Virus record (IMG/VR): IMGVR_UViG_3300003321_000691
Coordinates: 43,905 to 107,904 of that record
Strand: one strand, 5' to 3'
DNA: 64,000 bases
Source: a virus
How positions within the stretch are numbered: the stretch's first letter is position 1; every line of letters starts with the position of its first letter. The notes under the pieces were generated by a model. That model was not told where the DNA came from, made no database searches, and saw only the letters and a program-made list of their open reading frames with translations. Below, piece after piece: positions 26,864-36,629 of the stretch. The translations under genes were made by a program, and so were the position numbers.

Positions 26864-29830
26864 CTAGTCCAAGCACCCGAAAGTACTGTGCAAGATAGGT
26901 GGGCACGGAATGGGTTCCGAGGACTTACCCGAATCGAGTGCGTAGTAGTGGTCCGACATCTTGGCGGCGTAGGCCTGGATCTCCGCCTTGTGCTCGGCCA
27001 GTGTCTGTTTCTGGCTGTCGTTCACCGGCTTGTAGATGTCGTGGCACCAGTCACCCCACTTGTCCTCGCGCGGCGTGCGGACCTGGATCTCCTTCATCAG
27101 ACCGTCGTGGTCCTTGATGGTGAGGTGCACCGAGCGGTACCCGCCCTCTTGGGGCTTCTCGATGTAGTTGGACTCCTCGACGACGTGGAAGTGCCGCTTG
27201 ATGGCGTCGACGTTGGCGTGGACCCCGGCCACGTCCTTGGCGATCATGCGGAACCCGGTGCCATCCCAGAGGTCGCCCGGCTTCTGGTACTTCGGCTTGC
27301 GCTCCATCTTACCCAGCGCGCTCTCCAGCTCCTTGACGCGGCCCTTGACGGCCGTGCCTGGCACAGCGATCTCCTGGAGCTTGGCCTCGGTGCCGGCGAA
27401 CGACGCGCGGTGCTGGGCGAGGAACTCGTGCATCGCCTGCCTGTGCGCCTCCACGCGGGCCGAGAGCTTGATCGGGCCGTGGCCCGAGCCGGAGCTGGTC
27501 GGCGTCATCGGCGAGCTGCCACCACCCGAGGTCCACTTGCCGCTGGGGTCGCGTGCCTCGTTCTCGTCGTAGTCGGCACGGACGCCCTGCTTGGCGAAGT
27601 ACTCGCGGATGGCGTTGCCACCCTCGACCGTCGACGACATGTCGAAGTCGACGTAATCCCCGCTAGTGTTGCGGGACTGGAGGTGCTTGGTCAGGTCCTC
27701 GACCTTGGCGGAGCCGAGCTTCTCGGCCTTCCACGCGCCGCCTTGCGGGAAGCTGTAAACCACGCTGCCGTTGCCGCCGCTGCGCTTCTGCGCTTCGCGG
27801 CCGACCAGGTGCTCGTCGTCGGAGCCGGAGGTGCGCCGGCCCTGGTTCATGAAGGCGTACTTGCCCGGATTGTCGCCGAGCGTGACCTTGTACGCGGTCA
27901 CGGTGTCGCCATAGCCACCGGCTGGTGCGGGGCCGTCGCCTTGGGCACGGCCGATGTGACCGGCCACCGCGTTCGCGTTGCCGGCGTTCTTGTTGCCGAG
28001 ATCGGCGCTCTTGCCCGAGCCGAGGCGGTAGACCACGAACGAGTCGCCCGCCTTTGGCTCCTTGTCGCCGGTCTCGTCACCCGAGTGGGTGAGTGGTGCG
28101 CCCGATGCAGTCCACCGCCCGCCCTCGTCGCGCGGGTGCTTGGCCTCGTCGTAGTCATCGGCACGGAATCCGCCGGTGCGTGGCACGCGGAATGGGTTCT
28201 TGCCGGCGCGGTCACCGTTGGCCTGCACATACGGCTTGGGCGGAGTCTCTGGGTCGGGGGCGGCCGGCTCACCCGGAGGCGTGGTCGGATCGGACGGATC
28301 GAAACTGCCCGGCGGCGGGGGCGGCTGATACTCCGGGTCGAGCCTGCCCATCGCACGGAGGTCGTCCTCGGTGACCGGGCCAGACGCCGCGGCTTCCTGG
28401 TTCTCACGAGCGTCGAAGTCGATAGTGATCTCGGGGTTCCACTCGCCCGAGCCCCAGTGCGAGTTGGCCACTTCCTCGGCGGACACGACCTGGCGGTCGA
28501 GCCAGATGGCGTCGGCCTGGGCCGAGACGAGCATTGCCTGGGCGCGGTCCTTGGCGCTCTCCTGCCACAGAGGCTTAAAGCGGACGTTCCACTTCGGCGG
28601 CTCTTTCTTGTCGCCGGTCGTGCGGAAGATGATCTTGATGAGCTGCGTGAGCTGGGGGAGGAGCTTCTCGCGCTGGTACGCGGCGACGCGGTCGTAGAAG
28701 AAGCGGATGTCGCTCTCGCCGGTGGCGTTGAGGCCACTGGGGCTGGTGCCGAACAGAAGCGTGAGCGGCATGTCTGCCGACGCGGCGAGGCGCGTGGAGA
28801 ACTTGTCCATCAGGTCCGGCAAGCCGGCGATGGGGGTCTGCGTGCGCTGATAGTCGTCGTCGGAGTCGATGACCGTCGCATTGATCGTCGACGACGCCAT
28901 GTCCATGGCCCCGAGGCGCTCCTGGAACAGGGTCGCGCCATCCTCGGACGCGAGCGTGTCCCACAGGTCCTTCATCTTGTAGACAGCCTTGGCGAACTCC
29001 GAGACGAGCACACCGGCCGAGCCCCACGCGAGGTTGAAGTCGCGAAGGACACGCCACATGCGGACGAGCACCGAGTCGCCCCAGCCGCCTTGCGCCGCCA
29101 TCGTTTGGTACCGGCTCACGCGCTGGCCAGGGAACACCAGGAGGCGGCTCTCGTGGATGTCGAACACCGTCTGCGAGTATTGGCCGCCGGCCGGGGGCAG
29201 AATGGCGCGAGAGGTCAGGCGGTAGATCTCGGGCTGGCCGTACTTGGGGGCCCGAGGGTCGGCGTAGCCGTAGACCGGATACAGCTCTCGCGGCTCCAGC
29301 GGCGTCAGCCAGTCGAGCGAACGTACCTTGTCGAGGTCGAGCGGCTTGGTCAGGTCGGTCTGACCGTCGTTGGCGCCGATGAGGACCGCGCCACCGCCAA
29401 GGCCGCGCTCGTACGAGAGGCCGACGCGGATGATGTGGTTCGCGCCCAGGACGTCGAGCTTGTCCAGGACTTCGGCGACGCGGTCAGCCTCGGCCTGGCC
29501 GTCCGCCTCTTCGTCGTCGGTCTCGGGGATGACGACGTCGTAGCCCTCGCGGAGGGCTTCCTTGGGCATGGTCTCGACGGCGCGGGCCGCGAGGTCATCG
29601 CCACGCCACAGCTCGGCTAGTTGGTCGAAGGTGAGCGTCGCTGCGCGGAAGGAACTGCCCTCGCGCTTGTCCCGGCCGTAGACGCCCAGGCCCGTGAACG
29701 CGTTCATCCATCCAGCGTCGATACGCCGGACCTTCGGCTTGCCTCCTGGGTTGCCGGAGCTACCTGGGGCGAACTTTCCGCCATCGGTGCGTGCCGGCTT
29801 CTTCGGACCCTTGGCCATGGCAAGAACCAT
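26864..29830 (-). CDS. portal protein (DUF1073-like) fused to two C-terminal cargo domains, the last a RelA/SpoT-type synthetase
   Basis: portal IHESRL, WGDSVL, LFGTSPSGLNATGESD, FKPLWQ; C-terminal RVKELES..D..G.R..GYRSVH..EIQVRT..W..H. Confidence 0.9.
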   Translation of the reverse strand: MVLAMAKGPKKPARTDGGKFAPGSSGNPGGKPKVRRIDAGWMNAFTGLGVYGRDKREGSSFRAATLTFDQLAELWRGDDLAARAVETMPKEALREGYDVVIPETDDEEADGQAEADRVAEVLDKLDVLGANHIIRVGLSYERGLGGGAVLIGANDGQTDLTKPLDLDKVRSLDWLTPLEPRELYPVYGYADPRAPKYGQPEIYRLTSRAILPPAGGQYSQTVFDIHESRLLVFPGQRVSRYQTMAAQGGWGDSVLVRMWRVLRDFNLAWGSAGVLVSEFAKAVYKMKDLWDTLASEDGATLFQERLGAMDMASSTINATVIDSDDDYQRTQTPIAGLPDLMDKFSTRLAASADMPLTLLFGTSPSGLNATGESDIRFFYDRVAAYQREKLLPQLTQLIKIIFRTTGDKKEPPKWNVRFKPLWQESAKDRAQAMLVSAQADAIWLDRQVVSAEEVANSHWGSGEWNPEITIDFDARENQEAAASGPVTEDDLRAMGRLDPEYQPPPPPGSFDPSDPTTPPGEPAAPDPETPPKPYVQANGDRAGKNPFRVPRTGGFRADDYDEAKHPRDEGGRWTASGAPLTHSGDETGDKEPKAGDSFVVYRLGSGKSADLGNKNAGNANAVAGHIGRAQGDGPAPAGGYGDTVTAYKVTLGDNPGKYAFMNQGRRTSGSDDEHLVGREAQKRSGGNGSVVYSFPQGGAWKAEKLGSAKVEDLTKHLQSRNTSGDYVDFDMSSTVEGGNAIREYFAKQGVRADYDENEARDPSGKWTSGGGSSPMTPTSSGSGHGPIKLSARVEAHRQAMHEFLAQHRASFAGTEAKLQEIAVPGTAVKGRVKELESALGKMERKPKYQKPGDLWDGTGFRMIAKDVAGVHANVDAIKRHFHVVEESNYIEKPQEGGYRSVHLTIKDHDGLMKEIQVRTPREDKWGDWCHDIYKPVNDSQKQTLAEHKAEIQAYAAKMSDHYYALDSGKSSEPIPCPPILHSTFGCLD

Positions 29831-30084
29831 GCCACGGCCGCGGCCCTCAGTCCATTCGCTCAGGGTCTAAGGGAGCGGAACCCTTACCTCGCTGTGGAGC
29901 CTGAGCTGCCAGGCTGAGGCCACAATCTCGCCACGGTCAACTTTACACTCGACCTGGGACTCTGGGAGGAGCTGCTTGAGCCGGGCGTGCACCGCCCGGC
30001 AGTATGCCAAGAGGTCTTCGCCGTGGATATCGAAGTCCACGTCCACGAGAGCACGCTCGATGTTGTAGTGGAGATCGAACTCGG

Positions 30085-30525
30085 TCACAGCGTAGGTCCG
30101 GCGTACGCTGGGCGTGGGCTTTGCTGCGCCCAGTACGCTTGCACGTGCTTGTCAGGGACCCAGGACTTGGCAGTGATGATTTGCTCGCAGCATCCGGAGC
30201 GGTGCTCGGTGCACATCTCCGGGGCGTTGCCGCAGTGGTACCGCGCCTGGTTAATGCACCCGTCGACGGCACACGCACGGCCAGTGTCACCGCACCAGTG
30301 CAGATCAGCCCACAGCTCCGGCCCTTTTTCGGGGTCACCTGCTTCGTCCCACTCGACGCAGATCTCGCACGCTAGATTGCCGCAAACGGTGAGACCGCAG
30401 TTACGCGAGGTGTGGCTCTGCCACCAGCCGATGCAGTCGATTGGACATCCCGCTGCCACCAGCTCGGCGACGGCCTGAAGGCGCAGCTTGGCCACCGCGT
30501 TGGCTGCCTGAATGGCTGCGTTCAC
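30085..30525 (-). CDS. Cys-rich hypothetical protein
   Basis: multiple CxxC; GTG overlaps upstream stop. Confidence 0.5.
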   Translation of the reverse strand: MNAAIQAANAVAKLRLQAVAELVAAGCPIDCIGWWQSHTSRNCGLTVCGNLACEICVEWDEAGDPEKGPELWADLHWCGDTGRACAVDGCINQARYHCGNAPEMCTEHRSGCCEQIITAKSWVPDKHVQAYWAQQSPRPAYAGPTL

Positions 30526-30709
30526 GCCTCTCCTCCGTGCTCGGGTTGGGTGCCGCAGTCCTGGCAGTCGTCCCACGGACGGCCGTGGAGGCAGCGCGGA
30601 TGCGGGGCCTGGTCGACGGCCTGGCGCATGGCGTGCGCCTCCAGGAGCTGGAGCCATTTCTGGAAGCGGGTCTTGGGATTGATCTTGGGGGTCTGAGCCT
30701 GGTCGTCGC

Positions 30710-31204
30710 TCACTTGGTCCTCTTGGTCTTCTTCGTAGCACGCTTGAGGCCGGGGCATCCATGTTTCGCGGCCCATCGCTCGAATGCGGCCTCATCCTGG
30801 CGGTTCCAGCTAGATAGTACGTAATTGAACACGTGCATGGCATCCGCCACGTGGTTCACATAATGTCCGGCTTGCCGAGCAATCGCGCGTAGTGCTGAGT
30901 CGGTCAACCGACGCATCCAGATCACGCGACGCGAGCTGCCAACGAACTTGCGGTCTTTGTGTGTGGTGGCGCCACCGACGACGACGCGACAGAGCCAGGG
31001 ACGGCGTTCTTTATTCGGTCCCTTCTGGGCCAACTCCCACATGCAGTGGAGGATGGACGTCGCGGCGTGCATACCGTGATGGCATAGACGTGGCTTGCCA
31101 GAAACGCGCAAGGTTTTGCCAACCTCGACGCGCCTGCCATCGCCGTAGTTCAGGCGACGGTTAGCCCCGACCAGGTGCCAACCCAAGCGCGTGTGACCCT
31201 TCAC
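30710..31204 (-). CDS. hypothetical phage protein
   Basis: LCHHGMHAA motif; coupled to the rIIB-like gene. Confidence 0.6.
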   Translation of the reverse strand: MKGHTRLGWHLVGANRRLNYGDGRRVEVGKTLRVSGKPRLCHHGMHAATSILHCMWELAQKGPNKERRPWLCRVVVGGATTHKDRKFVGSSRRVIWMRRLTDSALRAIARQAGHYVNHVADAMHVFNYVLSSWNRQDEAAFERWAAKHGCPGLKRATKKTKRTK

Positions 31205-32289
31205 TTGCTCCTCCGTGCCTTGATGATCGCCTTGACCAAGGCGACCTTGCCGCCGGGGAGCTTGCTCGCGCCGACGATCTTGAGATGCGTGGCGTACACG
31301 CGGAGGCTGTCGATGGTCTCGTCGATCAGCTTGCGAGGGGTGAGCTTGGCGAGCGAGCGGACCGACTTCACCTCGACGTTGCGTGTCTTCTTCGGCAGGT
31401 TCTCCGGGTCGATGACGTACAGATCGGGGTGGTAGTCTTCGCCACGATCGGTCTGCTCGTCACCCTCGGCAAACTCGTCCGCCTCCTCTTCGGCAGAGGT
31501 CGGCTCGGGGATGTCACTCGGGTCGGCCACCGTGTCCGGGAGGTCGACGCCCACGTCGAGGCCCACGACCTCGTACTCGCAGACGCGCATCTTTTGGAAC
31601 GAGGAGTCCTTCGGGATGCACACCACGTTCTCTGGCTTCACGCGGCAGATGACCGTCTGGCCTTGGCCGAACCCCCGAGCGTACTCGGCGGCGCCGACGT
31701 GCAGACCCTCGTGGCACGGGGTGTCCGCATCATCGGAGATCTTGTTGCGGTCCATACGGATGACCGCACCCGGCGCGTTCGAGATCGTGCCCGAGTGGCA
31801 GTCGAGGAAGTCCGACCTCACACCCTTGTACGCGAGGAACGTGCCGTCCTGCTCGATCGGGATCCCGATGTGCTGGAGGAACGGGTAGAGCTGCTGGACC
31901 GACCGCCAGCTCGGGTTCTGCTGGAGGCGTCCGAAGAAGCGGAGCAACGGACGGGGGTCTTCACCCCTGGACGCCATCGCCGACGCCCGAGTCTGGAACC
32001 CCTCCGGGAGAGGCTCGCCTTTGAACGTGATGGCACCGTTGTCGTTGACTGCGAAGCCGTCGAGCAACGTGTTGAGCGTGTGGTCATCCGTCGACTGCGA
32101 CAGGTACGAGAGCAGCGCTCCACCGCGGGTGGTCGACTGCATGATGAGATCCCAGTTGGGGTCGTCCTTGCCCAGCTCGACGCGAATGATCGCGTACTGG
32201 GTCGTGCCCTTTTGGAAGACCTTGGGGGCGCCGTCGATGATCAGCGTGACGGAGTCGGGGGTCAGGTTGAACGGGATAGGTTGCATCAC
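31201..32289 (-). CDS. rIIB-like protein
   Basis: NPSWRSVQQLYPFL, FLAYKGV, CHEGLHVG, KMRVCEYEV. Confidence 0.8.
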   Translation of the reverse strand: MMQPIPFNLTPDSVTLIIDGAPKVFQKGTTQYAIIRVELGKDDPNWDLIMQSTTRGGALLSYLSQSTDDHTLNTLLDGFAVNDNGAITFKGEPLPEGFQTRASAMASRGEDPRPLLRFFGRLQQNPSWRSVQQLYPFLQHIGIPIEQDGTFLAYKGVRSDFLDCHSGTISNAPGAVIRMDRNKISDDADTPCHEGLHVGAAEYARGFGQGQTVICRVKPENVVCIPKDSSFQKMRVCEYEVVGLDVGVDLPDTVADPSDIPEPTSAEEEADEFAEGDEQTDRGEDYHPDLYVIDPENLPKKTRNVEVKSVRSLAKLTPRKLIDETIDSLRVYATHLKIVGASKLPGGKVALVKAIIKARRSK

Positions 32290-34460
32290 ACTTCCTCTTT
32301 CTTCTCAGCGTTGAAACGGTCGACGAGCTGGATGTATTTCGCCCAATTCGCGAGGCGCTCGTCACGCTCCTTACGATGGTTGTAGTTCCAGATGATCTCG
32401 ATCCCGCCGTCGCGATACTCGCCCGCTTCCTTGAGCAGCGGGTACGCCGCGGAGATGGCCTCGTAGGCTGCCTGGGCCTCGCACGCGCCTTGGTGCACCC
32501 CGTTCGCGCGGCCGAGGTCCAAGAGCACTCTGCGGGTTTGGCCATGAACTTCCTTGATGCGTCGCGCAGAGCGCATCGAGTTGCGGACGTACTGCGAGAT
32601 GATGTGCTTGCCGCCGAAGGTCTTGATGACGCGGCCCAAGAACTTGTCCGGAGCCGACGAGGCGGGGCCGATCTCCGCCCAAAGGATCTCCTGGATGGTA
32701 CTCATGCGCTCGGGGGTCGCGAGACCCGCAAGCCACGTCTTCCGCCAGACGCTGTACTCGGTGCCGGCGAGCTTGCTGCGGTCGAGCGGCTTCTTGTGCG
32801 TCTCCTTGTACCCGAAGATGGTCGGCATCTCGACATCAAGCGCGTCGGCGATGGCCTTGTCCTCGCGGTAGGTGTTGTAGAACCCGTCCGAATCGAACTT
32901 CTCCAGGACGACGTAGACGTCGCTATCCTCCGGGGCGCGAGTGACCGCTTCCCAGTGGTCGGAGTACGGCTTGGTGAACCGGGTCGAATTACCCTTGAAT
33001 GAGAACATCATCGCACGGTGCTTGGCGCGAAGCTCGGGCGACTTGAAGCCCGGCACGAACGGGGCGTTGAAGTGAAGTGTCGACAGACGGGCGACACGTG
33101 CGCCTTCGAGCCGGCAAGCCTTCAGGGTCGCGGTGAGCGTGGCTTCGAGCGCTGCGGTCTCGGCCTCGGTCGGAGCAGCCTTGCCTTGGTTCTTGGCGCG
33201 GACCACGTAGTCGAAGTGATCGAGTGAGTAGCCCGCCAGCTTCTTGCCCGTGTCATCGATGAGGAACCGGAGAGCCTTGTCGACGGTGACCTGATTGGTC
33301 GTCGCGTCGTTGCGCACGAGGCGGAACGGGCCGCCGCTCTTGCCGTCGGGGCCAATGTCGCTGTCGTCGAACAGCTTGACCCAGCTCTTGCCAAGGTCTT
33401 GGTATTCGTCGGGCAGATCGAGGTCCAGCTCCTGGAGCACGCGGACCCGGAGACGCTTTTGCCAGTCTGTCTCGGCGTCGCCGTCGAGAATTTCGAGTGC
33501 CTTGGATACGAACTCGTCGACGAGCGTCGTGAACTTCTCGACAAGCGCGTCCTTGGTCTTCTGGGTGTAGCGCAACTCCTCACGCGAGCCGGTGAAGTGG
33601 ACCGCGCCCATGTCGAAGCGAAGCACGCCGGAGAGCTTGTGGAGACAGCGGTGCTCCTTCGGAAGCGTCAGCTCTTGGAGGCGCACGCGGTACGGGACGC
33701 AGCCCATGACTGCGACCCAGCCGCCGAACGGGTTCGCGCCGCCTTCCTCGAAGCTGTAGTTGATCTCGCCCGAAGCCAGTGTCACGCGCTGATCCGGCGC
33801 AGCCGGCAAATCGGTGTTGATGGTCGGACGCGGCTCGAAGAAGCGGTAGAGCGCCTTGGCCTTCTGACGAAACTCGTACTCGTCGTCAGGTTGCGTGGCG
33901 ATGACGATCTCGACGCCGGTATCGGCCGGGTCCCACGCCTCCTCGGCGAGTAGGTTGATGACGCCGCGGTCACTCGGGTCGAGCGAGGCGACGTAGGTGG
34001 ACCTGAAGCCGCAACGCGGGCCCTCGAAGTCCGGTGTGAACATCTCGGCGTGACGGGAGATGACCGTGAAGCTGTCGGCGTACGAGAACGCCGACTTGGA
34101 GCCGATTCCGAGCATGCCGACCGCATCGTCGCGGTCGCGCTTGGTCGAGGCGCCGTACTGGGTGAAGACGTTGAACACGTCGTCCCGAGAGAGTCCCGGG
34201 CCCGAGTCCTTAATGCGCAGATACCGGTCGTCATCGGTTGGCAGGTGCACTTCGATCGGCACGTGGCCACGGCCGGCGACGCGGTTGGCGTCCCAGGCGT
34301 TGGCGCTGTACTCGCGGAGCACGGCCAGCTTCTTGTCGCTGTAGAGCGTGTCGCGGAGAATGCCCATGATGTGGGCCTCGTCCGCCTTGGAGATGCCGAA
34401 GCTCACGCCCGCGACAGCGCCGCCGACAGCCAGAGTCCGGTCAGTCTTCTGGGGTCTCAT
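32286..34460 (-). CDS. rIIA-like protein (N-terminal GHKL/HATPase domain)
   Basis: LYSDKKLAVLREYSANAWDA, DSGPGL, YGASTK, GMLGIGSKS; paired with the rIIB-like gene. Confidence 0.85.
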   Translation of the reverse strand: MRPQKTDRTLAVGGAVAGVSFGISKADEAHIMGILRDTLYSDKKLAVLREYSANAWDANRVAGRGHVPIEVHLPTDDDRYLRIKDSGPGLSRDDVFNVFTQYGASTKRDRDDAVGMLGIGSKSAFSYADSFTVISRHAEMFTPDFEGPRCGFRSTYVASLDPSDRGVINLLAEEAWDPADTGVEIVIATQPDDEYEFRQKAKALYRFFEPRPTINTDLPAAPDQRVTLASGEINYSFEEGGANPFGGWVAVMGCVPYRVRLQELTLPKEHRCLHKLSGVLRFDMGAVHFTGSREELRYTQKTKDALVEKFTTLVDEFVSKALEILDGDAETDWQKRLRVRVLQELDLDLPDEYQDLGKSWVKLFDDSDIGPDGKSGGPFRLVRNDATTNQVTVDKALRFLIDDTGKKLAGYSLDHFDYVVRAKNQGKAAPTEAETAALEATLTATLKACRLEGARVARLSTLHFNAPFVPGFKSPELRAKHRAMMFSFKGNSTRFTKPYSDHWEAVTRAPEDSDVYVVLEKFDSDGFYNTYREDKAIADALDVEMPTIFGYKETHKKPLDRSKLAGTEYSVWRKTWLAGLATPERMSTIQEILWAEIGPASSAPDKFLGRVIKTFGGKHIISQYVRNSMRSARRIKEVHGQTRRVLLDLGRANGVHQGACEAQAAYEAISAAYPLLKEAGEYRDGGIEIIWNYNHRKERDERLANWAKYIQLVDRFNAEKKEEV

Positions 34461-36143
34461 TCTTCCTCCGCCACTACAGTAGGGATAGTGACGCTTACTG
34501 GCAAGTCCAAATCGTTCGCCCGGGCGGTCCGATTGCCGAATCCGGCGATCCCGGATTGTCGATGCCAGGCAACCCACGCCGCGCGGGACATGCCGCGCTG
34601 CGGAACCTTGCCGGCGAAGAAGTTGATGCGAGCCTGCGCAGCTACGATCGCCGCCGGGTTTCCGCTGGCGGTCGCGCGACGCGCCATCTCGCCCGCGAGC
34701 GCGTGCGGGGATAGAGCATAGAGGGCGCGGGGGATCACGCCGCCCCCTTCACTGGCTTCTTGAAGAAGTCCTTGTCTTCGGCCGTGAACGGCTCCTCGTC
34801 ACGGAAGTCCTGGCCACAGCCGCGGCAACGCAGGTACGTCACGCCTCCGAAATAGCCAAGCAGCGTGGAGTGGGTACCTCCACAGCACGGACACTGAACG
34901 ATCTCACCCATTGGGATCCTCCACTTCGAGCGCGCCCGTGACCTCGGCGCTGGGGCAGCCGGGGTCGGAGCACGCGGGCACCAGGACATTGCCTGGCAGG
35001 TTTAGAAGACGCGTGGCGGAGCCGGCGCAGTACGCACAATGGCCCCGGCCTTTGAGGTCGGCGCGGAAGTTGGGCTCGACCTCGATGATCACGCGACGGC
35101 CTTGGTGGCACCGGGAGGAATCGAACCTCCCTGGGACTTTTCACCACTGACGGGGACCACCCTCGTCGGTGCCTTGATCGGGGGATGCGGACGGACGCGC
35201 GCCCGCCTGTGCTCTTGCTTGACGTGATCGCGGAGCGCCAACTCGACGCCCTTGGCGAACTCGTCAACATTGTCCGTGGGGAACACGACGCGTCCAGCCA
35301 GCTCCGGCGTGGCCAGGCCTTCCGCCAGGCGAGCCTTGACCCATGCCGTGCCGGCCGCTTCCGAGCCGAACACGATGTCGGGATCGCAGGCCAGGATGGC
35401 CTTGATCATCGGCACGCCCATCTGCTGAGCGATGAACGGGTCGCGGGCCCAGTGGCTCACGACACACCAGCCTTACGCAGAAGGCCGGCCACGGACTCCT
35501 CCGAGAGGAACGGGACCAGTGGCGCGGCGCAGATGGCGATGATGTACCAGGCGAGTTTCACGCGAGCACCTTCTCGGGCGTCTTGAACGCCCAGTAACTG
35601 GGGATTGATTCCAACGAAATGAACATGAACACCGGAGGCTCCTCTTCGACCGCAGGCTCGGTGTAGGTAGCGAGGGCCGGTTCGAGTATTTCTTCTTCCT
35701 TCACAGTGCCTCCGAGATGCCAAATGCCGTGACCGTGTGGGCGGTCATGCCGAGTTTCGTGATACCCATCTCCGGGACGTCGAGCTTGGTACTGACGTTC
35801 CTGGCCAGGGCGACCTTGTCGGCGAAGTAGCCAACCGCGATCAGATCCTTGTGGGCCTTCAGAGCCTTTTTGGCAGCCATCTTTTTCCTCCAGTCCGTCA
35901 CGACTCTAACGTAGGCACGACCAGGGTCGTGCGCAAGGCCAAATCAGCAAGGTATTTCGCGTGGCCGGCCTCGCAGTTCGCGTGCATGGCCGCCCACTTG
36001 CCATTAGCCTTGACCCGTTTCGCGCAGCGGTTGCAGAGCGCCGCGGCAGGGCAATAGCCGTACGGGCACTTGCGCTTGCGGACGCCACCAGCGACGCCGC
36101 AGTTATCGCAACAGAGCTTTCGACCCTCGTAGCAGTAGCCCAT
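34457..36143 (-). other. run of about 7 small leftward early ORFs (34457-34738, 34735-34912, 34904-35092, 35089-35460, 35701-35901, 35898-36143 and others)
   Basis: chain of overlapping start/stop codons; several CxxC motifs. Confidence 0.55.
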
Positions 36144-36400
36144 GACGTCCTCCTAGTAGACCGAGTAGACCTTCTTGGCGACCGCGACCGCCACTTTCAC
36201 GGCCACGTACATGGCGCCGTAGACGGCGAGCCCACACGCGGCGACCAGCTCCAGCTTCATCGTGGCGACGAACACGGCGAACGACACGGGGGACCTCCAG
36301 GGGAAGTGGTTGGGGCGCGCTGGGCCTGCCAGACGCGCCGCCAGGTGTCACGGCCCGAAGGCCTACGGGCTTCTCGCCCGGCCACCCGCCGCTCTCCCAA

Positions 36401-36538
36401 CCACACCTACAACATAAGCACCGGCGGGGTACTCCGCAAGGGCAAATCGACCGGGAGATCTACTAGGTTATTCAGGTACTTACCTATGTCGATTTTCCCT
36501 TGCGGGGGACCCCGCCGGTGCTTATGTTGTAGGTGTGG
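36401..36538. repeat. 51-bp inverted repeat (48/51 identical), each arm an outward-facing promoter
   Basis: 36401-36451 vs 36488-36538; each arm reads TTGCGG-N17-TATGTT; sits at the strand switch. Confidence 0.85.
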
Positions 36539-36629
36539 GAGTGATGACGAAAAAGCCGGTGAAATTCCTGGTGTTTGGCTCGTTCTACTGCGCCGTCCCC
36601 GTGACGGCCCCCAAGAAAGGGAAGAAGTG

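Noticed and set aside
11717-29620. Long plus-strand ORFs (e.g. 11717-13639, 16927-18600, 26855-29620)
   Set aside because: Antisense shadows of GC-biased structural genes, with no motifs.
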